64,000 bases of DNA from Candidatus Acetothermia bacterium (GTDB lineage: Bacteria; Bipolaricaulota; Bipolaricaulia; RBG-16-55-9). The position numbers were made by a program, and so were the translations under genes. Location: assembly GCA_016201405.1 (NCBI GenBank), contig JACQCZ010000007.1, positions 68,307 through 132,306 of the forward strand, written 5' to 3'. Shown one piece after another: positions 35,991 to 45,484 of this stretch. The notes beneath the pieces were generated by a model. The model did not search any database and was not told where the DNA came from. It saw nothing but the letters and a program-made list of their open reading frames with translations. Position 1 is the stretch's first letter; each line of letters starts with the position of its first letter.

Positions 35991-38765
35991 TTGAAGCTCA
36001 AACTCTCGATTCTTCTCGTCGCGCTCATCAGTCCCATACTCCTCCTATACTCTTTTGCATTTGCACAAGAAGAAGAGACAGGCATCTCTGGAGATCATTA
36101 TGAGTGGCTGCTCAAATCTCCCATTCGGCACTATCTCTCAAGCGCTGCCGAGAATTTCTTGGCGCTGACATTTAAGTCCAAAGTCCATTTTCCGGGAATG
36201 CCTGTGGAAGAAGGGGAGAAAGATATTCATGGGCTGGATCTTCTTGTCAACGACCGCTCCCAGGATGAGAACCCGTCACTAACTACGCAAAGCGAGGCAG
36301 CGGTTGCCCTCTTTGGGCGAACCGTGGTAATTGGGTGGAACGATGTCGGCCAGTTTCCCAAAACAGCCAGTCTCGTTGGATATGGCTATTCTGCCGATGG
36401 TGGAAGCCATTTTATTGATGCGGGAGTGATCCTTCCAATGCCTGGAGGTGCCAACTTAGGTGACCCAGACTTGGCTGCGGATCGCGGTGGAAATTTTTAT
36501 TTCTCGATGATTGCCGTGGATGGAAACGAAATGTCCTATATCGGAGTCTCTAAATCGAGCGATGGGGGAAGGACGTTTTCGATTCCCGTCAGCGCAAGCA
36601 CGATTGTAAGCTCTTACGACAGCTTTCAGGATAAAGAATTTATTGTTGTAGACACAACGGGTGGGCAATTTGATGGCAGCATCTATGTGAGCTGGACGCG
36701 CTTTAGCAACGATGGCGCGCAGATCATGTTTGCTCGCTCGCAAGATGGCGGAAGAACATTTCAAAGCCCTATTGCTCTCAATTCACCAGGCTCGTTTGTG
36801 AGCGGCTCGATGCCTCGTGTCGGTCCAAATGGTGAGGTCTATGTTGTCTGGGAGCGCTTCAATACTCCTGGCATTCATATTTCCAAATCCCTGGATGGCG
36901 GGCGCACGTTTGGCTCTGACGGAGTGGCCGAGACTCTCGTTGCTAAGGTGGAGTTCATCGGTCAGTCCGCTTCACCAACCACCTGCGAAGGGCGACAAGT
37001 GCTAAATGGCTATATTGACGCCGGTTTTGAATACCCCACGATGGCAATTCACCCGACCAGTGGAGAAATCTACGTAGCATTTGACAGCAACCCCGCCGGA
37101 GTCGATGAATCGGATCTCTTCTTCAGCCGCTCGAACGATGGAGGGCACACCTGGAGTGATCCCATGCGCCTCAATGATGACTCTACGCCAAATGACCAAT
37201 TTATGCCGGCTATGTCCATCGCACCAGATGGCACAATTGCCGTAATCTGGTATGACCGCAGAAATGATCCGCACAATCTCAATTTCGATGTCTTTCTGAC
37301 GACTTCCAAAGATGGGGGCCGGACCTGGGCTCCCAACAAACGCATCAACTCCGTGACATCAGAAGTTCCACCCCTCGGGCCAAATTTTGATGCCCTGCGG
37401 CCGTGCTATATGGGAGACTACAACGACGTCGCCGCTGACCAGCACGGCTTCTACATCGCCTGGGGAGACAACCGCGACCGCGGTCTCACCTGGAAGACTC
37501 TTGCTGAGATGCCGACCCCCAGAGAGGCTACTGCCAACGCTGCCATTGGCAATGGAGTCTTTGTCATTGGCGGAACAAAGCTTGGCTTTGGAGAGGTCGG
37601 AGATTCAAGACTTGTTGAGATGTTCAACACTAGGACAGGTGGCTGGCAGCATCTGGCTCTCATGCCAACTCCCCGCTCGTATGCAGCTGCAGTTGGGCTT
37701 GATTTCTCGATTTATGTCGGAGGAGGACAGTCTTCGCGGTACGGAGGAGTGACAGGTGCCTTGGAGCGCTATGATGCGATTACCAATCGCTGGTCTACAC
37801 TTTCGCCAATGCCGACGCCTCGCTCGATGCTGGGAGCCGCACAAGTTGGGAATAAGCTCTATTTCATAGGAGGCCAAAGTTGTGTTTCGCCCCTCTGTGG
37901 CCACACGCTCGATATTGTGGAAGTTTATGATCTGAGTTCCCAAAAGTGGTCAGAAGCCGCAAAGCTTCCCGATGCTCGAGCTGGTTTTGCAACTGTGGTC
38001 GTTCGCGGGAAAATCTATGTCGTAGGTGGCTTTATCACAAAGGGCGTCTATACGACCACAATTCGGGGGAACAAAGGGATATTGCAATATGATCCGGCAA
38101 CTGATAGCTGGCAAGTCATTGCAGCGATGAATCGGGACAGGATGTTTCCCCTGGCTGGCCAGTGCGGAGATAAGCTGATTGTCTCTGGAGGAATCAGCCC
38201 AACGACCCTTGAGCTTATCGAAAAAGATTCCTGGTCCTTGGATATCGGGAAGGCGGATTGGCAAGAGATTGCCTCACCAAAGTTTGACCGTGATGGTGCA
38301 ATCGGAGTCACCATTGGAAACGCGCTCTATGCGATTGGAGGGAGCAGTGACTCCAGTGTGGCGCATAGCGGAGCCAACGAAGCCTTTGATTGTGCTCACA
38401 TGGGAAGTGACCGCCCCGATCCAGACGTCTTCTTTGCCTTTGAGCCAATGAACGGCGTCTCTTCTTCTGCAAAGATGCAATCAGAGCCAAAATTTGAAGT
38501 CAAATCTCTTCAGCAGATTAGGGCGTTGCAGTTCACCGCCAGTAGACGTGACGAAGCGCAGAGTCTACGGGTGCGAATTTTTAATACCAGCGGGTTAGAA
38601 ATCTTTGATAGCGGCGAGACGAAAGACCTGACCATTCAATGGAATCTTGAGACGAAGAGTGGGAGATTGGCTGGGAATGGCGTCTATCTCTATCTGATCA
38701 CAGTCCGTGACAAGCTTGGGAAAGTGACCCTGAGCAGCGCTCGCAAGATCTTAGTCTTGCGATAA
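35991..38765 (+). CDS. secreted BNR/Asp-box sialidase-like plus Kelch-repeat protein with C-terminal sorting-type beta-sandwich domain
   Basis: TTG start behind AAGGAGG, with a signal peptide. Five Asp-boxes (SSDGGRTF, SQDGGRTF, SLDGGRTF, SNDGGHTW, SKDGGRTW). At least four Kelch-like blades (MPTPR...VIGG / YVGGG / YFIGG, LPDAR...YVVGG). The C-terminus GVYLYLITVRD...KILVLR resembles FlgD-Ig/T9SS-type CTDs. Confidence 0.75.
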   Translation: MKLKLSILLVALISPILLLYSFAFAQEEETGISGDHYEWLLKSPIRHYLSSAAENFLALTFKSKVHFPGMPVEEGEKDIHGLDLLVNDRSQDENPSLTTQSEAAVALFGRTVVIGWNDVGQFPKTASLVGYGYSADGGSHFIDAGVILPMPGGANLGDPDLAADRGGNFYFSMIAVDGNEMSYIGVSKSSDGGRTFSIPVSASTIVSSYDSFQDKEFIVVDTTGGQFDGSIYVSWTRFSNDGAQIMFARSQDGGRTFQSPIALNSPGSFVSGSMPRVGPNGEVYVVWERFNTPGIHISKSLDGGRTFGSDGVAETLVAKVEFIGQSASPTTCEGRQVLNGYIDAGFEYPTMAIHPTSGEIYVAFDSNPAGVDESDLFFSRSNDGGHTWSDPMRLNDDSTPNDQFMPAMSIAPDGTIAVIWYDRRNDPHNLNFDVFLTTSKDGGRTWAPNKRINSVTSEVPPLGPNFDALRPCYMGDYNDVAADQHGFYIAWGDNRDRGLTWKTLAEMPTPREATANAAIGNGVFVIGGTKLGFGEVGDSRLVEMFNTRTGGWQHLALMPTPRSYAAAVGLDFSIYVGGGQSSRYGGVTGALERYDAITNRWSTLSPMPTPRSMLGAAQVGNKLYFIGGQSCVSPLCGHTLDIVEVYDLSSQKWSEAAKLPDARAGFATVVVRGKIYVVGGFITKGVYTTTIRGNKGILQYDPATDSWQVIAAMNRDRMFPLAGQCGDKLIVSGGISPTTLELIEKDSWSLDIGKADWQEIASPKFDRDGAIGVTIGNALYAIGGSSDSSVAHSGANEAFDCAHMGSDRPDPDVFFAFEPMNGVSSSAKMQSEPKFEVKSLQQIRALQFTASRRDEAQSLRVRIFNTSGLEIFDSGETKDLTIQWNLETKSGRLAGNGVYLYLITVRDKLGKVTLSSARKILVLR

Positions 38766-39446
38766 CTTGTATAGAAAATCGGGTGAGGCAAGTACCCATG
38801 AATAAATAAAATTCCCGTCTTGCTCATAATGACCTTCAACAGTCCATATTAAGTTTAGATGAGGGATTTTGATCTGAGCACTATTTTGACTCGAATTGAT
38901 ATGAACTCTGATCTGGCGTTTGCTGACATTGATCAATGATCGAAGGCATTTGTAGGCTGCCTCTTTGAGCGACCAGTAAAGAATTACCCCTTCTTGAGAA
39001 TTCTCAGAAAAATTTAATTTCAGATCATTTCTCTCGCGTTGATCCAAGATTCGCCTTTGAAGTTTTGGGTGAGCTGGGCGAATCTTCTCAACGTCAACTC
39101 CGATTCGTCCTTCGGACCTCAAATGGCTTACTCCGGCAAATCCTCTTCCATGGCTATGCGATATCGAAAGCGAGATCTCGTCCAGCTTTTTATGGTCGAT
39201 TAACGCTAGCGGCTCGTTCAGTCTGCCAATGGCAATCTCGATCCGTTTTGCTTCCTTGATTTGACAATATTCTTGAAGTAGCAACTTGGCTGCCATCCGG
39301 CCTGCCAGCCAGTCTTGTCTGCGAGCTTCCGGTTTGAGATCATCTAAGCGTTTCAATTCTTTTGCTGAAAGCCATGTTGAGAGAGAATCAAGCTCTATCT
39401 GGCTTGATGATATTTTCTGGAAGTTGGACATGTTCGGAATTATCAA
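38751..39446 (-). CDS. 4'-phosphopantetheinyl transferase (Sfp-type)
   Basis: GVDVEKIRP and WSLKEAAYK motifs; 231 aa. Confidence 0.8.
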   Translation of the reverse strand: MIIPNMSNFQKISSSQIELDSLSTWLSAKELKRLDDLKPEARRQDWLAGRMAAKLLLQEYCQIKEAKRIEIAIGRLNEPLALIDHKKLDEISLSISHSHGRGFAGVSHLRSEGRIGVDVEKIRPAHPKLQRRILDQRERNDLKLNFSENSQEGVILYWSLKEAAYKCLRSLINVSKRQIRVHINSSQNSAQIKIPHLNLIWTVEGHYEQDGNFIYSWVLASPDFLYKLSQD

Positions 39447-39478
39447 ACGTACTTAGACAGGCAGCTGGCGCGAGATTC

Positions 39479-40219
39479 TCAATCCCAGCGGAATGCCTTT
39501 GCAGAAAGAACTACGCATATCCCGCAAAAGATCACCAAGAAGAGAATATTAGGCCAGCTTACCTCTAAGCCTCTTCCGAGCCAGGCATCTTTGAGCAGAT
39601 TGACAACGTACGTAAGAGGAATGAATTTGGAAGCCCCCTCCATAAAAGAGGGCATCGCCACGGGAAGCGCTGCGCCGCTCAAGAAGATCATCGGGAAAAA
39701 AATAGTCGTATTGACGGAATAGCTAACCCTCGCCGTCTTGAAGAGACCGCCAAGAAGAAACCCGAAGGAAAAGAAGCTTAACGAGCCAATCGTAAAGGCA
39801 ACAAGCATTGTGAGCGGATCGCCTGCAATTCTCAGGCCAAACGAGACTTTACCCAGTAACATCAGGATAATTCCGCTGAGCAGTGTCATGGCATAGGCGA
39901 CGAGAACTTGGGCTGCTAAAACGCCCAGCGGGCGGAGCGGAGTCACTTGAAAGCGACGTAAAATGCCACGCTCCCGGTAGCTAGCCAGCACGCCGCCGAT
40001 CGTAAAGAATGCATTGGCCGCAATCCCAATGGCGATAAAACCAGGCAGCATAATATCCACAGAGCCAAAGCCTTTTAGATCCATCGATGGATCATTTTTC
40101 GAGACCAAACCAAACAAAAATAGCAACATGGGAAGAAAGATGAAGGTAAAGAAGACGGCCTGCCATTCTCGAATAAATAGTTTGACTTCCATCCAGGTCA
40201 GCTGCAAGAAGCCTTTCAT
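39479..40219 (-). CDS. ABC-2-type exporter permease
   Basis: Six hydrophobic helices; 4-nt overlap with the upstream ATPase gene. Confidence 0.75.
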   Translation of the reverse strand: MKGFLQLTWMEVKLFIREWQAVFFTFIFLPMLLFLFGLVSKNDPSMDLKGFGSVDIMLPGFIAIGIAANAFFTIGGVLASYRERGILRRFQVTPLRPLGVLAAQVLVAYAMTLLSGIILMLLGKVSFGLRIAGDPLTMLVAFTIGSLSFFSFGFLLGGLFKTARVSYSVNTTIFFPMIFLSGAALPVAMPSFMEGASKFIPLTYVVNLLKDAWLGRGLEVSWPNILFLVIFCGICVVLSAKAFRWD

Positions 40220-41142
40220 TCCCGGATTGCCCTCCCTGTGATCGAGAGAAAGACGTCTTCTAAATTGGCTCTCTGCACGTGCAGACCTTCAATCGGCCAG
40301 GACTTTGCCTCAGCCTTTTTGATCAGCTCAAGCAATACTTTGCTGCTCTGTGAGCTATACAACACAAATTTCCCATCGATTCGATCGACACGGCTTACAA
40401 ATGGGATATTAGAAAAATCACTTTCGCTGGTCGTCCCGTTGATCGAGAAGAGAATTCGGTTCTCTCCGCCGAGTCTGGCGATCAGTCCTGATGGGCTGTC
40501 AAGCGCAATGATTTTACCTTTGTCAAAGATAGCGACGCGATCGCAGAGATGCTCGGCCTCTTCCATGTAGTGCGTTGTCAAGAAGATGGTCTTGCCTTGA
40601 TTCTGAATGCTTAGAAGGAGATCCCACATAGCGCGACGGGCTTGCGGATCGAGCCCTGTCGTCAGCTCATCGAGAAATATGATCTCCGGATCATGCACCA
40701 GTGCGAGCGCGATGTGGAGGCGCTGTCTCTGGCCACCCGATAGAGTTTGATAGTAGTCATTGATCTTGTCAGAGAGTCCGAGTGGCTCAACGAGTTTGCC
40801 CCAATTCTTGCCCCAATCCACTCTTTTTTTGTAGAGGCTTGAAAACAGCTCCAATGCCTCGCGGATCTTGATATGATCATAGAGCGATGTCGCTTGGAGT
40901 TGGACGCCAATCTTCTCTTGAAGAGATTTCTGCTGGCGAAGAACGTCGATATCCATGACGCGGATTGTGCCTTTGTCGGGTCTTCTCAGTCCTTCTATGC
41001 ATTCGATGGTAGTGGTCTTCCCTGCACCATTGGGACCCACCACACCAAAGATCTCGCCTTGCTCGACTTCGAATGAGATTTCATCAACAGCACGAATCCG
41101 TGGATATTCTTTGATCAGCCCTTGAACGGCGACGGCTTTCAT
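40216..41142 (-). CDS. ABC transporter ATP-binding protein (DrrA-like)
   Basis: GPNGAGKTT, LSGGQRQR, IIFLDELTTGLD. Confidence 0.9.
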   Translation of the reverse strand: MKAVAVQGLIKEYPRIRAVDEISFEVEQGEIFGVVGPNGAGKTTTIECIEGLRRPDKGTIRVMDIDVLRQQKSLQEKIGVQLQATSLYDHIKIREALELFSSLYKKRVDWGKNWGKLVEPLGLSDKINDYYQTLSGGQRQRLHIALALVHDPEIIFLDELTTGLDPQARRAMWDLLLSIQNQGKTIFLTTHYMEEAEHLCDRVAIFDKGKIIALDSPSGLIARLGGENRILFSINGTTSESDFSNIPFVSRVDRIDGKFVLYSSQSSKVLLELIKKAEAKSWPIEGLHVQRANLEDVFLSITGRAIRE

Positions 41143-41223
41143 GGCTTTGGCTTAACCCCTTCCACTATGCCATTATCGCTAAATCTCTCAGAGCTGCAAA
41201 TCAACTCTTGGGAGCATCTTCCA

Positions 41224-41252
41224 TTGACAAATGATCGTTCGCATGATATAAG
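41224..41252 (+). promoter_or_regulatory. putative sigma-70-type promoter of the trp leader/trpDCBA
   Basis: TTGACA (41224-41229), 17-nt spacer, TATAAG (41247-41252). Confidence 0.45.
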
Positions 41253-41258
41253 AGTGCT

Positions 41259-41345
41259 ATCCACGGAAGTGAATGATCATGATAACCAAAGAAAAGACAA
41301 GGCTTGAGAGTTCTTGTGACAACGCTTCCGGTGGATCTTTTTTTT
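41259..41345 (+). terminator. leader hairpin A plus U8 tract (putative attenuator)
   Basis: ATCCACGGAAGTG (41259-41271) pairs with CGCTTCCGGTGGAT (41323-41336), with one bulged G and one G.U, enclosing about 51 nt. C plus TTTTTTTT (41338-41345) follows. Confidence 0.4.
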
Positions 41346-41413
41346 GCTGGTATTGGTATAGCAGGGTTTAGCTCACTCTCCTGAAGTAGAGGATTTGTCG
41401 CTAAGCCCGTCAG

Positions 41414-41453
41414 TGGACCAAGGCGTAGATGCCTGGGGTCCATTTTTCTTTTT
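41414..41453 (+). terminator. leader hairpin B plus U-tract (putative attenuator/terminator)
   Basis: TGGACC-A-AGGC (41414-41424), loop GTAGAT, GCCT-GG-GGTCCA (41431-41442), followed by TTTTTCTTTTT (41443-41453). Confidence 0.5.
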
Positions 41454-41467
41454 GGAGGTGATTTGAA

Positions 41468-41605
41468 ATGGCCAGCGTCTGGGACTGGTGGCACGACTCT
41501 GTCTTGCTCAATGGATTCAAGTTTCCTAAGAACGTGAAAGGAGTTCAGTCATGGCGTTGGAATTTGCAAAGACCCTTCAAAAGCTGGCAGATCATGAGGA
41601 ATTGA
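41468..41605 (+). CDS. candidate trp leader peptide (45 codons, 6 Trp; MASVWDWWH...), overlapping the trpD start out of frame
   Basis: GGAGGTGA (41454-41461), 6-nt spacer, ATG 41468. TGG codons at 41480, 41486, 41489, 41552, 41558 and 41585; TGA stop at 41603-41605. Not in the supplied track because it is under 60 aa. Confidence 0.4.
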   Translation: MASVWDWWHDSVLLNGFKFPKNVKGVQSWRWNLQRPFKSWQIMRN

Positions 41606-42591
41606 CAAGCGACCAAATCTCGTTTTCTTTTGAAGAATTGACAGAAGGACGTCTCACCCAGGCGCAGATTGCAGCTCTCTTAATGGGATTAAAAGCAAAA
41701 GGCGAGACGGCTGCCGAAATCACAGAGATTGCCAGACATCTCAGAATCAAAGCTCATCGAATTACTCCGAAAGTAAAGTTGTTGATGGATACGTGTGGCA
41801 CGGGTGGCGATGGAGCTCAGACATTCAACATCTCAACGGCTGCAGCGTTTGTGGTCGCCGGTGCGGGAATTCCGGTCGCCAAACATGGCAACCGCTCGGT
41901 GTCTAGTCAATGTGGCTCTGCCGATGTCCTAGAGCAATTAGGAATCAACCTTGAATTGGACCCAAAAGCTGTGGAGCAGGTTATTGAAGAGATCGGGATT
42001 GGATTTCTCTTTGCTCCGGCATTTCATCCGGCAATGAAGTATGCCTCAGCTCCCAGGCGAGAGCTTGGGGTTCGCACAGTCTTCAACGTCCTTGGACCGC
42101 TTCTCAATCCGGCAGGGGCAACTCATCAGATTGTCGGAGTGTACGATCCAAGGCTCACTGAAGTATTAGCTCTGGCTCTTTCCAATCTTGGAGTTCAAGC
42201 AGGCATGGTGGTTCATGGCTCGGGGTTGGATGAAATCACGCTCTCAGGAGCGACCCTAATCAACGAGTTTGGCAATGGAAAGCTCAAAACATATCAGATC
42301 ACGCCCGAGGATTTTGGTTTTCAGCGAGCGGATTTAAGTAGAGTGCAAAGCCAATCTCCAGAAGAGGGCGCTGAGATTTTGCGCGATGTCCTTGCCGGAG
42401 AGACTGGCCCCCCTCGCGATGTTGTGCTCTTAAACGCTGGTGCAGCGGTCTATATCAGTGGTAAGGCGCAGGGTTTTGAGGAAGGAATCGAGTTGGCGGC
42501 AGAATCCATAGACTCTCGTGCGGCCGAGCATAAATTGCATTCGCTCATTCATGCCTCACGGCGCGAGGTGAGTCATGGACTTCTTAGATGA
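41551..42591 (+). CDS. trpD: anthranilate phosphoribosyltransferase
   Basis: DTCGTGGDG, FNISTAAAFVVAGAG, VAKHGNRSVSS, GSADVLE motifs. Confidence 0.93.
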   Translation: MALEFAKTLQKLADHEELTSDQISFSFEELTEGRLTQAQIAALLMGLKAKGETAAEITEIARHLRIKAHRITPKVKLLMDTCGTGGDGAQTFNISTAAAFVVAGAGIPVAKHGNRSVSSQCGSADVLEQLGINLELDPKAVEQVIEEIGIGFLFAPAFHPAMKYASAPRRELGVRTVFNVLGPLLNPAGATHQIVGVYDPRLTEVLALALSNLGVQAGMVVHGSGLDEITLSGATLINEFGNGKLKTYQITPEDFGFQRADLSRVQSQSPEEGAEILRDVLAGETGPPRDVVLLNAGAAVYISGKAQGFEEGIELAAESIDSRAAEHKLHSLIHASRREVSHGLLR

Positions 42592-43339
42592 GGTTGTTCC
42601 ATGCGTTCGCCAAGCAATTCGTGATGGGCATTACGATTTGAAAGGGCACGAATTTGACTGCCACTCTCTCAAAGCGGATATTGAGGGTCGTCCTTTTTCG
42701 CTGATTCCTGTGATTGAGCATCGCTCTCCCGTGGAGAAGAGACTCTTTGATGGCGATGTCCGTCTGCTTGCGCACGAGATGGCCAAGGCGGGAGCGCATG
42801 CGCTCTCTGTCGTCTGTGAGAGGAATCTTTTTTGCGGGCGAATGGAAGATCTCGCTCATGCCAAAGCGCAAGGATTGCCACTGCTTTACAAAGACTTCGT
42901 GGTAGACCCTATACAAATCGACGCTGCCAAAGGCAATGGCGCCGATGCAATCTTGTTGATCAAGAGCTTGTTTGACAAGAAACACACATCGTTCTCGCTG
43001 GAAGAAGCGATTCAATATTGCCATGATTGCGGCTTGGAGACTCTGCTCGAAGTCTTTACTCTTAAAGAGTTCAATGAGGGTAAGGATACAGAGAGCGATC
43101 TAATCGGGATCAATAACCGCAACCTCAAGACGCTCACCGTCGATCTTTCGATGACATCAAAAATTCTCAAGCGCTCGTCTCCGGATCGCCCAGTAATCAG
43201 TGAGAGCGGAGTGCGGACGCGAGCCGATATGCTTCACTTGCAAGCCACGGGAGCTAAGGCCGTGCTCGTAGGGACTTCTATTCTCAAATCTCAAAACCCT
43301 TCATTCATGATTCGGGAGCTGCTGGGTGAGCCCACATGA
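42575..43339 (+). CDS. trpC: indole-3-glycerol-phosphate synthase
   Basis: [45 protein letters not shown] motifs in IGPS order. Confidence 0.88.
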   Translation: MDFLDEVVPCVRQAIRDGHYDLKGHEFDCHSLKADIEGRPFSLIPVIEHRSPVEKRLFDGDVRLLAHEMAKAGAHALSVVCERNLFCGRMEDLAHAKAQGLPLLYKDFVVDPIQIDAAKGNGADAILLIKSLFDKKHTSFSLEEAIQYCHDCGLETLLEVFTLKEFNEGKDTESDLIGINNRNLKTLTVDLSMTSKILKRSSPDRPVISESGVRTRADMLHLQATGAKAVLVGTSILKSQNPSFMIRELLGEPT

Positions 43340-44556
43340 TACACCTACCGGACGAGCATGGGAGATTCGGGGCTTTTGGCGGTGCTTTCGTTCCTGAGAC
43401 GCTTATCTATGCACTCGAAGAATTGAAGCAAAGTTTTTACTCAGCCAAGGAAGATCCGTCGTTTTGCAACACATTGGATTCGATGCTTCGCCATTTTGCA
43501 GGGCGGCCTACGCCATTGACCTGTTGCGAGAATCTTAGCCACAAATTTGATTGCAAAATCTATCTCAAGCGAGAGGATCTCCTTCATACCGGGGCACATA
43601 AGATCAATAACGCGATTGGCCAAGCCTTGCTGGCAAAGCGGATGGGCAAGACGCGCCTCATTGCTGAGACGGGAGCAGGTCAGCATGGGGTGGCCGTGGC
43701 CACGGTCGGAGCCAAGCTCGGGTTTGAGACTGAGATTTATATGGGCTCCAAAGACATTGAGCGCCAGAGACTGAACGTCTTTCGCATGGAGCTGATGGGT
43801 GCAAACGTTCACTCGGTCAATTCTGGCTCCAAGACTCTCAAGGACGCAATCAACGAAGCGCTTCGTGACTGGACGGCGAGTGTTGAAAACACCCATTATC
43901 TGCTTGGATCTGTTCTAGGTCCGCACCCCTATCCAGACATGGTCGCTCATTTTCAGTCTGTGATCGGGCGCGAGGCGCGAGAGCAGATTCTTGAAGCTGA
44001 GGAGAGGCTTCCCAACATGATTGTGGCTTGTGTAGGAGGAGGCTCTAATGCCATTGGCATCTTCAGGTCCTTTCTGAGTGATGCTGAGGTGAGATTGATT
44101 GGAGTTGAGGCTGGGGGATCTGGGATTGAGACTGGCAAGCACGCGGCCCGTTTTGGCGATCTCAAATCGGGTCGACCGGGGGTGCTCCATGGGACATATT
44201 CTTACGTCCTCCAAGACCCATTCGGGCAGATTATAGAAACCCATTCTGTCGCTGCCGGGCTGGATTATCCGGCCGTCGGACCTGAGCATGCCTTTTGGCG
44301 TGACTTCGGGAGAATTGAATTCACTTCTGTGAGAGATGATGAGGCGCTCGAAGCGTTGAGATTTCTCTCTCAAACTGAAGGCATCCTTCCTGCGCTGGAG
44401 TCTGCTCACGCCTTGTCTCATGCATTCCGATTGGCTGAAACTGCAGACCGACACGAGATCATTGTCATCAACCTGAGTGGACGCGGCGACAAGGATATCT
44501 TTGAGCTGGAGCGAATTTTGAGAGGTGGCCATGAACCGCTACGCCCTGCAGTTTGA
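43336..44556 (+). CDS. trpB: tryptophan synthase beta chain
   Basis: [25 protein letters not shown] (PLP lysine), [29 protein letters not shown]. Confidence 0.95.
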   Translation: MIHLPDEHGRFGAFGGAFVPETLIYALEELKQSFYSAKEDPSFCNTLDSMLRHFAGRPTPLTCCENLSHKFDCKIYLKREDLLHTGAHKINNAIGQALLAKRMGKTRLIAETGAGQHGVAVATVGAKLGFETEIYMGSKDIERQRLNVFRMELMGANVHSVNSGSKTLKDAINEALRDWTASVENTHYLLGSVLGPHPYPDMVAHFQSVIGREAREQILEAEERLPNMIVACVGGGSNAIGIFRSFLSDAEVRLIGVEAGGSGIETGKHAARFGDLKSGRPGVLHGTYSYVLQDPFGQIIETHSVAAGLDYPAVGPEHAFWRDFGRIEFTSVRDDEALEALRFLSQTEGILPALESAHALSHAFRLAETADRHEIIVINLSGRGDKDIFELERILRGGHEPLRPAV

Positions 44557-45379
44557 ACGACTGCGCCAGCATGGAGAAGGAGCACTGATTCCGTTCGTGA
44601 CTCTGGGTGACCCGGATTTTGAAAGGTCGCACCGGGTGATCGAAGCACTGATCCGTGCTGGGGCTGATATGCTGGAGCTTGGCATCCCCTTCTCCGATCC
44701 GATAGCGGATGGACCTACGATCCAGAACGCAAATCTGCGCGCTCTTCAGCACGGAATGAGCACAAATCGCGCATTTGAGTTGGTTGGCCTGGTTCGCGCA
44801 AGCCATCCAGATATTCCTCTTGGGCTTCTCGTCTATTCGAATCTCGTGCTGGCATATGGCCTAGAGGAGTTCTATCGAGCGGCCCGCTCAACGGGTGTTG
44901 ACAGCATCCTGGTGGCCGACCTTCCGTTGGAAGAGTCAGAACATTGGCTATGGGCCGCCCATCAATATGACATTAAGCAAGTCTTCCTCGTCAGCTTGAC
45001 AACATGCGCAGAACGCATGAGACGGATCATCCAGTCTTCATCGGCGTTCATTTATCTTGTGGCTGCATTGGGGGTCACCGGAGCGAGAGAAGCCATTCAG
45101 AAACGGCTCTTTGAAATGATTCCCTTGTTAAGAAGGGAGACCTCGCTGCCCATCTGCACGGGGTTTGGGATTAGCAAGCCAGAGCAGATCCAGCCCATTT
45201 TAACCCTGGGAGCGGATGGGGTGATTGTAGGCTCTGCGATCATCCAGCTCATTGAGAGGAATCTGAATGAAGAGGCAAAAATGATGAATGAGATTGAGCA
45301 GTTTGTCTCTCAATTGAAAGAGCAGACTCGTGTAAGCGTATCGTCCCATGAAGCCGCATCTTCCAGCGGCTCAATATGA
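44525..45379 (+). CDS. trpA: tryptophan synthase alpha chain
   Basis: [46 protein letters not shown]. Overlaps trpB by 32 nt. Confidence 0.93.
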   Translation: MAMNRYALQFERLRQHGEGALIPFVTLGDPDFERSHRVIEALIRAGADMLELGIPFSDPIADGPTIQNANLRALQHGMSTNRAFELVGLVRASHPDIPLGLLVYSNLVLAYGLEEFYRAARSTGVDSILVADLPLEESEHWLWAAHQYDIKQVFLVSLTTCAERMRRIIQSSSAFIYLVAALGVTGAREAIQKRLFEMIPLLRRETSLPICTGFGISKPEQIQPILTLGADGVIVGSAIIQLIERNLNEEAKMMNEIEQFVSQLKEQTRVSVSSHEAASSSGSI

Positions 45380-45484
45380 TAGGATATTCCTAATACACGG
45401 CCGGTCGTCTGTCTATCAGTGAGATAAAAATACTCATCTGTTGAAGTTGATCACAGCGTTTGCTACTGTACGATGTGAATCTGA

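Noticed and set aside
41143-41550. T-box riboswitch or TRAP-binding site in the trp leader
   Set aside because: There is no T-box core (…GGGUGGUACCGCG…), no recognisable Stem I specifier loop, and no series of 9-11 GAG/UAG triplets at 2-3 nt spacing.
43915-44532. 205-aa minus-strand ORF and other antisense ORFs inside trpB
   Set aside because: They are antisense to a highly conserved trpB sequence, with no motifs and no SD. They are shadow ORFs.
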